NCBI GenBank assembly: GCA_963703465.1
Contig: CAVPEQ010000004.1
Location: 57,893 to 89,892 of the forward strand
Origin: an uncultured Acidobacteriota bacterium
GTDB lineage: Bacteria > Acidobacteriota > Terriglobia > Terriglobales > Acidobacteriaceae
Length of the DNA: 32,000 nt
Direction of reading: 5' to 3'
Numbering within the stretch: position 1 is the stretch's first letter; every line of letters begins with the position of its first letter. Below are positions 14,592 through 22,405 of the stretch, piece by piece. The notes under the pieces are model-generated. The model worked only from the letters and a program-made list of their open reading frames with translations, had not been told where the DNA came from and did not search any database. The translations under genes and the position numbers were made by a program.

Positions 14592-15246
14592 TCACCCCTG
14601 CGCGAAGAATTCCGAAATCTCCTGGGACGGAATGGCACCCTCCCGCAGATATCTTCCAGCGCGCCTCGTCGTCGGTCAGATCAATAATGGTAGAGGCGAC
14701 TTCGCGCGGTGACTCCCCGCCATCCACAATGATTGGAATTCGCGTGCCCAGTTGATCTCTAACCGCCGCCGCCGTGGTGCATTCAGTCTCGCCACTGAGA
14801 TTGGCAGAAGTCGCAGTAATTGGAATCTGTGCCGCTATGACCACCGCCAGCGGAATGGGAGCATTCGGAACGCGCAGAGCCACGTTTCCCGTGTTAGCTG
14901 TGACCTTCAAGGGAAGCCGTGATGCAGCTTTTACAATAATGGTTAAAGGCCCGGGCCAGAACTTCTTCGCCAGCTTGTAGAACTCAACCGGCAACGGCTT
15001 AGCCATTTCTTCCGCCTGCTCCACGCCCTCAATCAGCAGGGACAGCGGCTTGTGGCGGGAGCGCGACTTGATTTCATAAACTCGCTCCACCGCGCGCAGA
15101 TTAAAAGGATCGGCTGCCAGGCCGTAAAAAGTGTCAGTAGGCATACCCAGAACTTCGCCGGCGCGAATTTGATCGGCGGCGTACCGGACGAGCGACGGCT
15201 CCGGTTTCTCACTATTAATTTTGACTATCTCCACCCGCACTTCCAC
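14592..15246 (-). CDS. tsaC: Threonylcarbamoyl-AMP synthase TsaC (YrdC/Sua5 family) with an apparent frame disruption near 14649 (possible pseudogene or sequence error)
   Basis: The YrdC-domain motifs are present (PTDTFYGLAADP, KSRSRHKPLSLL, WPGPLTII, TSANLSG, STIIDLT). After WKI (14658-14650) the conserved tail LREGAIPSQEISEFFAQG* continues in the +1 frame to TGA at 14594-14592. The uninterrupted ORF 14413-15246 instead reads an implausible tail across the start of the DUF218 gene. Confidence 0.8.
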
Positions 15247-15335
15247 TCTCCGAACCCTTTTTATTTTAGAGAGTTAAGATAACACAGCACGCGTTCCCCA
15301 GCCGAGTATCGCGTGTGATTTCCCATTAGGAGCTA

Positions 15336-16199
15336 ATGTTGGAAAATACGCGACATGCCGGTAGCGACCGCCTGCGCCGGATCGAAGGCCGCCACAACTC
15401 GCTGCTAAAGGAATTGCGGCAAGCCTTCAGCCGAGGCGAACTAACGGCTTCCGGTGAGTGCGCCATCGAGGGATTTCGCGTCATCGAAGAAGCCGTCCGC
15501 AGCGGGCTTCGTTTCCGCGCCGTTTTCGTCAGCGAATCCGGCCAGGCCCGCGCCGCGAAACTGCTTCCGCAGATAAAGTCGCAGGTCGAAACTGTATTGA
15601 TCCCCGACAAGCTGTTTGCCAACACAGTTCCCAGCGAGGCTCCTCAGGGCGTGGCTGCTTTGGTCCATGTGAAGACCCACACTCTCGATCAGCTTATGGA
15701 GAACGCTCCGGGGCCGCTGTTGGTAGTCGCCGGCCTACAGGACCCAGGAAATTTGGGCACAATCCTGCGTTCAGCCGAGGCCTTTGGAGCTGCTGGCGTG
15801 GTCTTAGGCGAAGGCACCGTGAGTGTTTACAACAGCAAAGTGGTAAGAGCCTCGGCGGGCTCGGTTTTCCGCGTCGCCGCTCTAAAAGCCGACCTGAAAG
15901 GCGTTATTGAAAAGTTGCGCAACAGCGGTGTCAGGCTGGTTGCGACTTCATCCCACAAAGGCATCGCGCTTCCAAAGACAGATCTCAGTCGCCAGATAGC
16001 CATCTTCATCGGCAACGAAGGCGCCGGTCTCGACAAAAAGCTCATAGCAGAAATGGACGAGCTAATCATGATCCCACATTCACCACGAGTCGAATCCCTG
16101 AACGCAGGAATCGCCGCCAGCATAATCTTGTATGAGGCATCACGGCAGAAAACCATCATCACCACGGAGACACGGAGGCACGGAGAAAACGCGGGCTGA
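15336..16199 (+). CDS. TrmH/SpoU-family RNA 2'-O-methyltransferase (RlmB/TrmH group)
   Basis: It has the SpoU motifs LQDPGNLGTILRSAEAFG, IFIGNEGAGL and IPHSPRVESLNAGIAASIILYE. It is 287 aa. The last ~13 codons (TTETRRHGENAG) are encoded by repeat B3. Confidence 0.85.
   Translation: MLENTRHAGSDRLRRIEGRHNSLLKELRQAFSRGELTASGECAIEGFRVIEEAVRSGLRFRAVFVSESGQARAAKLLPQIKSQVETVLIPDKLFANTVPSEAPQGVAALVHVKTHTLDQLMENAPGPLLVVAGLQDPGNLGTILRSAEAFGAAGVVLGEGTVSVYNSKVVRASAGSVFRVAALKADLKGVIEKLRNSGVRLVATSSHKGIALPKTDLSRQIAIFIGNEGAGLDKKLIAEMDELIMIPHSPRVESLNAGIAASIILYEASRQKTIITTETRRHGENAG
16160..16191 (+). repeat. Family B arm (B3, CACGGAG variant); perfect 32-nt direct repeat of 16585-16616
   Basis: The sequence is CACCACGGAGACACGGAGGCACGGAGAAAACG, with CACGGAG units at 16163, 16171 and 16179. 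It overlaps the 3' end of the methyltransferase gene. Confidence 0.95.
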
Positions 16200-16203
16200 T
16201 TCA

Positions 16204-16578
16204 ATGTTGGTTCACGAACACCTTACGGAACAAATAATTGGTGCAGCGATCGAGGTGCATCGAGAACTCGGCCCTGGTTTACTCGAATCAGCCTATGAAC
16301 AATATTTTTGCCACGAACTGCACCTGCGAGGCTTGGCATTCCAGTGCCAGCTAGATGTGCCAGTCATGTATAAAGGCCTAAAGCTCGATTGCGGATATCG
16401 ACTGGATGTGGTCGTAGACGAAACCGTCGTGATTGAATTGAAGGCCGTCGAACAAATCTTGCCGATTCATCAGGCGCAGTTGCTCACGTACCTACGATTA
16501 AGTGGCAAGAAAGTGGGACTAATCATCAATTTCAATGTCGCAGTCCTCAAGAATGGAATTGTCAGAAGAGTTTTATAG
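16204..16578 (+). CDS. GxxExxY protein (PD-(D/E)XK nuclease-like, PDDEXK_3 / TIGR04256-type)
   Basis: From ATG at 16204 the protein reads MLVHEHLTEQIIGAAIEVHRELGPGLLESAYE... (GxxExxY = GLLESAY). It also has D...VIELK (the D..ExK-like core) and QLLTYLRLSG. It is 124 aa. The listed ORF start at 16132 lies within the upstream repeat and gene. Confidence 0.85.
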   Translation: MLVHEHLTEQIIGAAIEVHRELGPGLLESAYEQYFCHELHLRGLAFQCQLDVPVMYKGLKLDCGYRLDVVVDETVVIELKAVEQILPIHQAQLLTYLRLSGKKVGLIINFNVAVLKNGIVRRVL

Positions 16579-16584
16579 CCGAGC

Positions 16585-16703
16585 CACCACGGAGACACGG
16601 AGGCACGGAGAAAACGTTGTTTTATGATTTGGAGCGGCAAATTGCCGTATGTTCCAGGGTGTTTATAACAAGTTTTCTTCGTGCCTCCGTGTCTCCGTGG
16701 TGA
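16585..16703. repeat. Family B hairpin (B4/B5, CACGGAG variant)
   Basis: Arm 16584-16615 (CCACCACGGAGACACGGAGGCACGGAGAAAAC) and arm 16672-16703 are reverse complements at 30 of 32 positions. The 56-nt loop (16616-16671) contains the palindrome CGGCAA-A-TTGCCG. Confidence 0.95.
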
Positions 16704-16715
16704 AATGGTTTTTTC

Positions 16716-18155
16716 ATGAGTCTCTTCCAAGCGATTCCCGGCGGCAGTAACCCCGACGATCGCGGCCGTCCTCTCGCCGATCGCATGCGCCCGCGCACGC
16801 TCGACGAATACGTCGGCCAGGAGCATCTGATCGCGCCCGGCAAGCCTCTGCGCGCGCAGATCGAGCGCGATGACATCGGCTCACTCATCTTTTGGGGACC
16901 TCCCGGCACCGGCAAGACCACACTCGCAAAAATCATTGCCAGCATGGCTCGAGCTGAATTCATCGAGTTCAGCGCCGTGCTTTCCGGGATCAAAGAGATT
17001 AAGCAAGTGATGGCCGACGCCGAACGCGGACGCCAGTACGGCACTCGAACCATCGTCTTCGTCGACGAAATTCACCGCTTCAACAAAGCCCAGCAGGACG
17101 CATTCCTTCCCCACGTTGAGAAAGGCAACATTCGCCTGATCGGCGCGACCACCGAGAACCCATCGTTTGAAATTATTTCCGCGCTGCTATCCCGCAGCCG
17201 CGTGTACGTGCTCAAACCACTCACCGAAGAACAGATCGTAATTCTGCTGCGCCGCGCGCTTGAAGACGCAGAACGCGGCCTGGGCGCGATGAAATTGTCC
17301 GCCAGCGATGACGTTTTTCGCCAAATCGCAGCTTATTCCAGTGGCGACGCCCGCAGCGCCTATAACGTGCTAGAGGTCGCGGCCGCGCTGGCTACGGTCG
17401 ACACCCGACTCGGGAAAGAAAGTCAAAATACCCAGCCTCCCCGGAAAACGGGGAAGGCTGGGGCACCCGCAGAAATTTCCGGCGCACACGAGATCACCAC
17501 CGAGATCGTTCAGGATGCTCTCCAGAAGCGCGTGCTGCTTTACGACAAAGCCGGTGAAGAGCATTACAACCTGATTTCGGCGCTGCATAAGTCGGTACGC
17601 AATAGCGATCCCGACGCCTCACTCTACTGGCTGGCGCGCATGCTCGAAGCCGGCGAGGATCCGCTGTACATCGCCCGCCGCATTGTGCGAATGGCCGTCG
17701 AAGACATCGGCCTCGCCGATCCCAACGCGCTTGGGTTGTGCATGGCCGCACGCGACGCGATCGAATTCCTGGGCATGCCGGAAGGCAATCTTGCATTGGC
17801 ACAAGCTGCCGTCTATCTTGCCATTGCTCCGAAGTCGAACGCTCTATATACCGCGTATTCCGACGTTCAGCAGGATGTCGAACGCACCGCGGCCGAGCCC
17901 GTTCCGTTACATCTTCGCAACGCGCCCACCGGCCTCATGAAGAACCTCGGCTATGGTCAGGGATACCAATACGCTCACGATCTCGAAAACAAAATCGCAG
18001 ACATGCAGTGCCTGCCCGACAATCTGAAAGATCGCCGCTACTACCATCCCACGAACGAAGGCGTAGAAAAACGCATCCGCCAACGCTTGGAAGAAATCCG
18101 TTCGCAGCGATCAGCATCCCCAACCCGAGAAACTAAAACAGAATCCGGCGAATAG
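16716..18155 (+). CDS. rarA: Replication-associated recombination protein A (RarA/MgsA AAA+ ATPase)
   Basis: It has [14 protein letters not shown], Walker [10 protein letters not shown], Walker [21 protein letters not shown], and the MgsA C-terminal motifs ([36 protein letters not shown]). It is 479 aa. Confidence 0.92.
   Translation: MSLFQAIPGGSNPDDRGRPLADRMRPRTLDEYVGQEHLIAPGKPLRAQIERDDIGSLIFWGPPGTGKTTLAKIIASMARAEFIEFSAVLSGIKEIKQVMADAERGRQYGTRTIVFVDEIHRFNKAQQDAFLPHVEKGNIRLIGATTENPSFEIISALLSRSRVYVLKPLTEEQIVILLRRALEDAERGLGAMKLSASDDVFRQIAAYSSGDARSAYNVLEVAAALATVDTRLGKESQNTQPPRKTGKAGAPAEISGAHEITTEIVQDALQKRVLLYDKAGEEHYNLISALHKSVRNSDPDASLYWLARMLEAGEDPLYIARRIVRMAVEDIGLADPNALGLCMAARDAIEFLGMPEGNLALAQAAVYLAIAPKSNALYTAYSDVQQDVERTAAEPVPLHLRNAPTGLMKNLGYGQGYQYAHDLENKIADMQCLPDNLKDRRYYHPTNEGVEKRIRQRLEEIRSQRSASPTRETKTESGE
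17428..17470 (-). repeat. Family E palindromic element (E2) inside the rarA coding sequence, inverted relative to E1
   Basis: The sequence is ATACCCAGCCTCCCCGGAAAACGGGGAAGGCTGGGGCACCCGC. The internal hairpin is CCCAGCCTCCCCG / CGGGGAAGGCTGGG. The reverse complement aligns to 11252-11296. It is translated as [15 protein letters not shown]. Confidence 0.8.
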
Positions 18156-18247
18156 CTCGGATCATCTTGTCTGTTAGCGCTCCCCACGTGTGATCATGGC
18201 TACAATTCCCAACCCGGCTGCAGATCACCTCTGTCATCGATCACTCG

Positions 18248-19465
18248 TTGCAGAGTGGACGAATCGAGGACCTCCTCAAGCTGCAGGAGTGGATTCCGAA
18301 GATCACGTCCATCCTTGATCTTGATCTCCTCATCGACCAGATTGTGAATCACGTTTCCTGTGCCTTCGGCTGCATCGAAGCCAACCTTTATTTGCATGAC
18401 GAAGAGCGCGGCGAGTTGGAACTTGCCTCCGTCTGTGGCTGCACCCTTCATGGCAAAGGCGATCGGCTGAAGGTCGGCATCGACGGAATGGTCGGGCGGG
18501 TCGCCGCCACCGGCAAAATGCACTACGCGCCGGACGTGAGACTGGACCCCTATTACCTCGGTTGCGAGGAATCCACGCTTTCGGAAGTGGCCATACCTCT
18601 TATCGTTGATCGCAAGGTGGTCGGCGTCTTTTCCGCGTCTCATTCGGAGGTCAATGCTTTTCCGCAGCAGCAATTGCGGTTGCTGCACGCGCTTTGCGAA
18701 CACATTGCTGTTGCGCTGCACAATTGCAGACGTTTTCGGGCCGAACAAGAGCAGCGCCAGCGCATGACTCGCGAGTCAGAAGAGGCGCGGATCATCCAGC
18801 AGGCGCTCTTGCCTAAGGCGTCGCCTTACATCCCTGGATTCGCCATTTCCGGACTTTCCGTTCCTGCGGGCGATATTGGTGGCGACTGGTATGACTTTAT
18901 TCCGTTCAACGACGGCTGCTGGGGACTGGTTCTGGCTGACGTGTCGGGCAAAGGCACTGCGGCTGCGCTGCTGATGTCGGCCACGCGCGCCATGCTGCGC
19001 TCACTCGCGGACACTTGCAGCTCTCCGGCGGAGACGTTGAGGAAAATGAATCAACTGATGGTTGAAGACTTCCCCTCAGGAAGATTTGTCACGCTGATTT
19101 ACGCCATTCTCGATCCAAAAAATCGCACCCTTAAATTCGCCAGCGCCGGACATCTGCCTCCGCTATTGGTCGAAGGCGACCATGCGCGCTTTCTGCCCAC
19201 TGAAGCCGGAACCCCGCTGGGCTTATCTATCACCGGATTTTCGGAGAGCGAAATTCAGCTACCACCCGGCTCGCGGCTGGTACTGTACAGCGACGGCATC
19301 ACCGAGGCTTCAGGTTTCAACGAGGAAGAGTACGGCTCTGAGCGCCTGCGCGAGCATGCGCTCAACCCACTGGCGTCGAGCGAAAGCATTCTGACCGATG
19401 TTCGACACTACGTAAACGGCGCAGGCTTGCAGGATGACGCGACCGTAATTTTTGTGAGAGCCTAA
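18248..19465 (+). CDS. GAF-domain-containing PP2C-type (SpoIIE/RsbU-like) serine phosphatase
   Basis: The N-terminal ~150 aa are GAF-like. The C-terminal PP2C/SpoIIE motifs are GGDWYD, ADVSGKG, SAGH, LYSDGITEA and QDDATVI. The first canonical start in the open frame is TTG at 18248. Confidence 0.85.
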   Translation: MQSGRIEDLLKLQEWIPKITSILDLDLLIDQIVNHVSCAFGCIEANLYLHDEERGELELASVCGCTLHGKGDRLKVGIDGMVGRVAATGKMHYAPDVRLDPYYLGCEESTLSEVAIPLIVDRKVVGVFSASHSEVNAFPQQQLRLLHALCEHIAVALHNCRRFRAEQEQRQRMTRESEEARIIQQALLPKASPYIPGFAISGLSVPAGDIGGDWYDFIPFNDGCWGLVLADVSGKGTAAALLMSATRAMLRSLADTCSSPAETLRKMNQLMVEDFPSGRFVTLIYAILDPKNRTLKFASAGHLPPLLVEGDHARFLPTEAGTPLGLSITGFSESEIQLPPGSRLVLYSDGITEASGFNEEEYGSERLREHALNPLASSESILTDVRHYVNGAGLQDDATVIFVRA

Positions 19466-19470
19466 GCGCG

Positions 19471-19884
19471 CTACCGGAATCGCGCCCGATGCTCCTTGAG
19501 TATGCAGAGATCCATCGCTACAAAAATGCCCGCTTTCTTAGCCTTCTCTGCCGCTTTGCGATGGATGACTTCTTCCTGCATCCACACCGCCGGAACCTTC
19601 AGCTGAATAGCCTGATCGACGATCTCTTCCACGTATTGTGAACGGCGAAAAATATTCACGATGTCGATCTTCTCCGGAACGTCCGCTAACGACGCGTACG
19701 ATCTTTCCCCGAGTGATTCACGAATGGTCGGATTCACGGGAATAATTTTGTATCCCTGCGATTGCATATAAGCCGAGACGCCATAGCTGGGACGCATTGG
19801 GCTATCAGAAAGCCCGACTACAGCAATGGTTTTCGAGCGCTGCAGCAGGTCGCGGATCGGATCAGCTTCAGGACGGGAGGCCAC
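19471..19884 (-). CDS. CoA-binding domain protein (YccU/CoA_binding_2 family)
   Basis: The pattern KTIAVVGLSDSPMRPSYGVSAYMQSQGYKIIPVNP...IDIVNIFRR...VWMQ is typical of the family. It is 137 aa. Confidence 0.85.
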   Translation of the reverse strand: MASRPEADPIRDLLQRSKTIAVVGLSDSPMRPSYGVSAYMQSQGYKIIPVNPTIRESLGERSYASLADVPEKIDIVNIFRRSQYVEEIVDQAIQLKVPAVWMQEEVIHRKAAEKAKKAGIFVAMDLCILKEHRARFR

Positions 19885-19925
19885 GCTTGTATTCTAGCTA
19901 GTGTTTGCGGTGAGTGCAGACGCCG

Positions 19926-21194
19926 CTAACCCTTGCTTGGATCTAATTTCTGCTTGAACATTCGCAGAGCAAGTTTTCGAACGGTATCGGAAACTTCTTT
20001 ATTGGCTGACAGATTCTTCAGGTCTTGGACCAGGAGATTTTTCATGAGCCCCAGACCGACATCCAGCGGCGTACGCGGATTGGCTACCAGGTTGCGAACC
20101 ACGATGTAATTTTTTGCAAATCGCCGCTTCATCGGGATCGCGCGCAACAAAGCTTCCAATACGTTCTTCTGGTTGGCAAATTTTTCCACTTCGCCATCCG
20201 TTATCTTTGGCGAATCCAGCACCGCAAGCGCAACCACTTTTGTCCCGTCGCGCACCAGAATCGACCGCTCTTCTTTTGTTCCCTTCATCGCCAGCTGGAT
20301 TCGCCCCTTCACGTCGAGCTTGGCAATTTTCTGCAGCACACTGCCACGTTGGTCGTCTTCCGGATTGGTCAGCTTCTTGGGCGGCATCTTCACCGTGGGT
20401 GACGTTCTGACTGGAGCCGCGACCGCCGAGGCGGCCGCGGCCAAGGCCTTTGGCTCTGCGACGCTGACTTCTTCCTGAATTCCGCCAATCGGCTGAAAGG
20501 GCTTATTGGCCTCGGCCGCGATTTCACTGGCGTGCTCGGTCATGAATGCGATTATTACCTTCTCGGTTTCAGGATCCGACTCAGCCGTCCCGGGATCTGG
20601 AACTACCTCGAACTCTGCTGGCGCCGGCATGGCTGGGACAGCTTCCAGCGCAGGCGGCGGTTGCACTGGGATGTCGGCTTCGGGTTCACGCTCCGGCTTC
20701 GTCTCGACCGCAGCTGCCGCCGATTTGCCCGTGATCAGCTCTTGCACGTGTACGGATTGCACTCCGCTGAGCCGGTTATTTGCGGCCAATTCCTGCAAGA
20801 CCTGTTGTGACTTCTGTATTCGTGGGCTGGCCAGCATTGCGTCAATCCACTCGCCTTTCAAGGTGGACCCAATTTTTCCAATCTTCTCCAAGGTGACCGC
20901 AGAATTTTCCAGCAACAGCGGAAACAAAACCGGGCGGAGATTTTTTGGCGACAACCAATAATCCAGCACTTCTTTCGCCGTGCCTGGGTTCGAGGCTATT
21001 GCCTTGGCCGAGTTCTCGTCCCAGCCCGCGAGGGTGATGCGCGAGGTCTCGCCGAATATTTTGTTGTTGTCGGCCAGAAAAACCAGAATCTCGACCATCT
21101 CTTCGGCCGACACTTCCAGCGCGCCCTTGGCCGCAGCCATCATCTGGTTCGATGGCAATGCGCATCTGCGAACTAATTCCAGTAAACGGGCCAT
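19926..21194 (-). CDS. Hypothetical protein with helical-repeat N- and C-terminal regions and a central Pro/Ala/Glu-rich linker
   Basis: The start at ATG 21194 (MARLLELVRR...) avoids overlapping prfB. The C-terminus (...ILVRDGTKVVALAVLDSPKITDGEVEKFA...LVANPRTPLDV...) resembles HEAT/LRV-like repeats. I cannot assign a family. Confidence 0.6.
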   Translation of the reverse strand: MARLLELVRRCALPSNQMMAAAKGALEVSAEEMVEILVFLADNNKIFGETSRITLAGWDENSAKAIASNPGTAKEVLDYWLSPKNLRPVLFPLLLENSAVTLEKIGKIGSTLKGEWIDAMLASPRIQKSQQVLQELAANNRLSGVQSVHVQELITGKSAAAAVETKPEREPEADIPVQPPPALEAVPAMPAPAEFEVVPDPGTAESDPETEKVIIAFMTEHASEIAAEANKPFQPIGGIQEEVSVAEPKALAAAASAVAAPVRTSPTVKMPPKKLTNPEDDQRGSVLQKIAKLDVKGRIQLAMKGTKEERSILVRDGTKVVALAVLDSPKITDGEVEKFANQKNVLEALLRAIPMKRRFAKNYIVVRNLVANPRTPLDVGLGLMKNLLVQDLKNLSANKEVSDTVRKLALRMFKQKLDPSKG

Positions 21195-21285
21195 AGATTT
21201 CGGATACGGAGTTGTACCCTGTAGGGTCTCGCACCTGCACTGCCGTTTCCAGCATTTTCGAGGGAAGGTCAGGTTACCGAAGGCA

Positions 21286-22405
21286 CTATGCGGACGAATC
21301 GCCAGAGGTCGTTCCATCGCGTCGCATACGCAGATAAGCATGAATAAACGGCTGCAAATCACCATCTATCACGCGATCTACGTCGCCGACCTCGGTCTTG
21401 GTGCGGTGGTCTTTAATAAGCCGGTAAGGCTGCAGCACATAAGACCGAATCTGTGATCCGAAATCGATATCCAGCTTTGAGTCTTCGATCTTACGCGTGG
21501 CTTCGCGCTTCTTCTCCATTTCAAATTCGTAAAGCTTGGAGCGCAGCATGCTCATGGCGCGATCTTTGTTCTTGTGCTGCGAACGCTCGTTCTGGCAAGC
21601 GGCCACCAATCCGGTAGGAATATGCGTAATTCGCACCGCAGAATCCGTGGTGTTCACGTGCTGTCCGCCTTTGCCGCTCGACCGGTAAGTATCGATGCGC
21701 AGGTCATCGGGCTTAATGTTCACCTCGATCGACTCGTCAATCTCCGGTGAGACAAAAACGCTGGCAAAGGATGTATGGCGCCGCTTTGCCTGATCAAACG
21801 GCGATATTCGAACTAATCGATGCACGCCGATTTCGCTGGTCAGCAGGCCGAACGCGTATTCGCCATTCACGCCGAAGGTCGTCGATTTAATTCCCGCTTC
21901 TTCCCCCGGCTGATAGTCGTAGAGGACCGTCTGAAATCCCTGGCGCTCGGCCCAGCGCAGGTACATGCGCATCAGCATCTCCGCCCAGTCCTGCGATTCG
22001 GTTCCTCCCGCGCCGGGATGGATGGTGACGATGGCATTACGGGCGTCGTTCTCGCCCGACAACAGCGTCTCAGTCTCAAGCCGTTCCACGCGCGCGCGCA
22101 GTGAATCGATGTCCCGGCGCAGATCGGCTTCCACGCTTTCCCCCTCGCGAGCCAGATCGAAATAAGCAGCGATGTCGTCGGTGCGGCGCTGCAGGTCAGC
22201 CTCGGTGGAGAGCATGCCCTCCAGGCGCTTCTTTTCGCGCATCACCTGCTGAGATTTTTGCGGGTTCGACCACAGGTTCGGGTCGGAGGCTTGCTTATCG
22301 ATTTCTGCTAGCTGCGGACGAAGTTTGCCGGCGTCAAAGGTACTCCCGAAGTTCGCGGACTTTTTGTTGCAATGCCGAGTATTCGTGTTCCAATTCCTGA
22401 ATCAT
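21286..22405 (-). CDS. prfB: Peptide chain release factor 2; join(22405..22337, 22335..21286) through a programmed +1 frameshift
   Basis: ORF0 is MIQELEHEYSALQQKVRELREYL followed by TGA. The +1 frame continues DAGKLRPQLAEIDKQASDPNLW... and carries SPF (ISPFD) and GGQ (GKGGQHVN). Confidence 0.95.
22333..22347 (-). promoter_or_regulatory. prfB: prfB programmed +1 frameshift site: SD-like GGGAG, 3-nt spacer, CTT TGA C
   Basis: The minus strand reads GGGAG (22347-22343), TAC, CTT (22339-22337), TGA (22336-22334), C. This is the same architecture as the E. coli prfB site (AGGGGG TAT CTT TGA C). Confidence 0.9.

Noticed and set aside
16132-16203. N-terminal extensions proposed by the ORF track. 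Examples: 16132 for the GxxExxY gene, 12867 for the response regulator, 21365 for the helical-repeat protein, 26691 for lpxD, 26725 for kdsB, 357 for the DinB-family gene.
   Set aside because: The extensions run through repeats or neighbouring genes and lack family-typical sequence. Internal ATGs give N-termini that match the families and avoid the overlaps.
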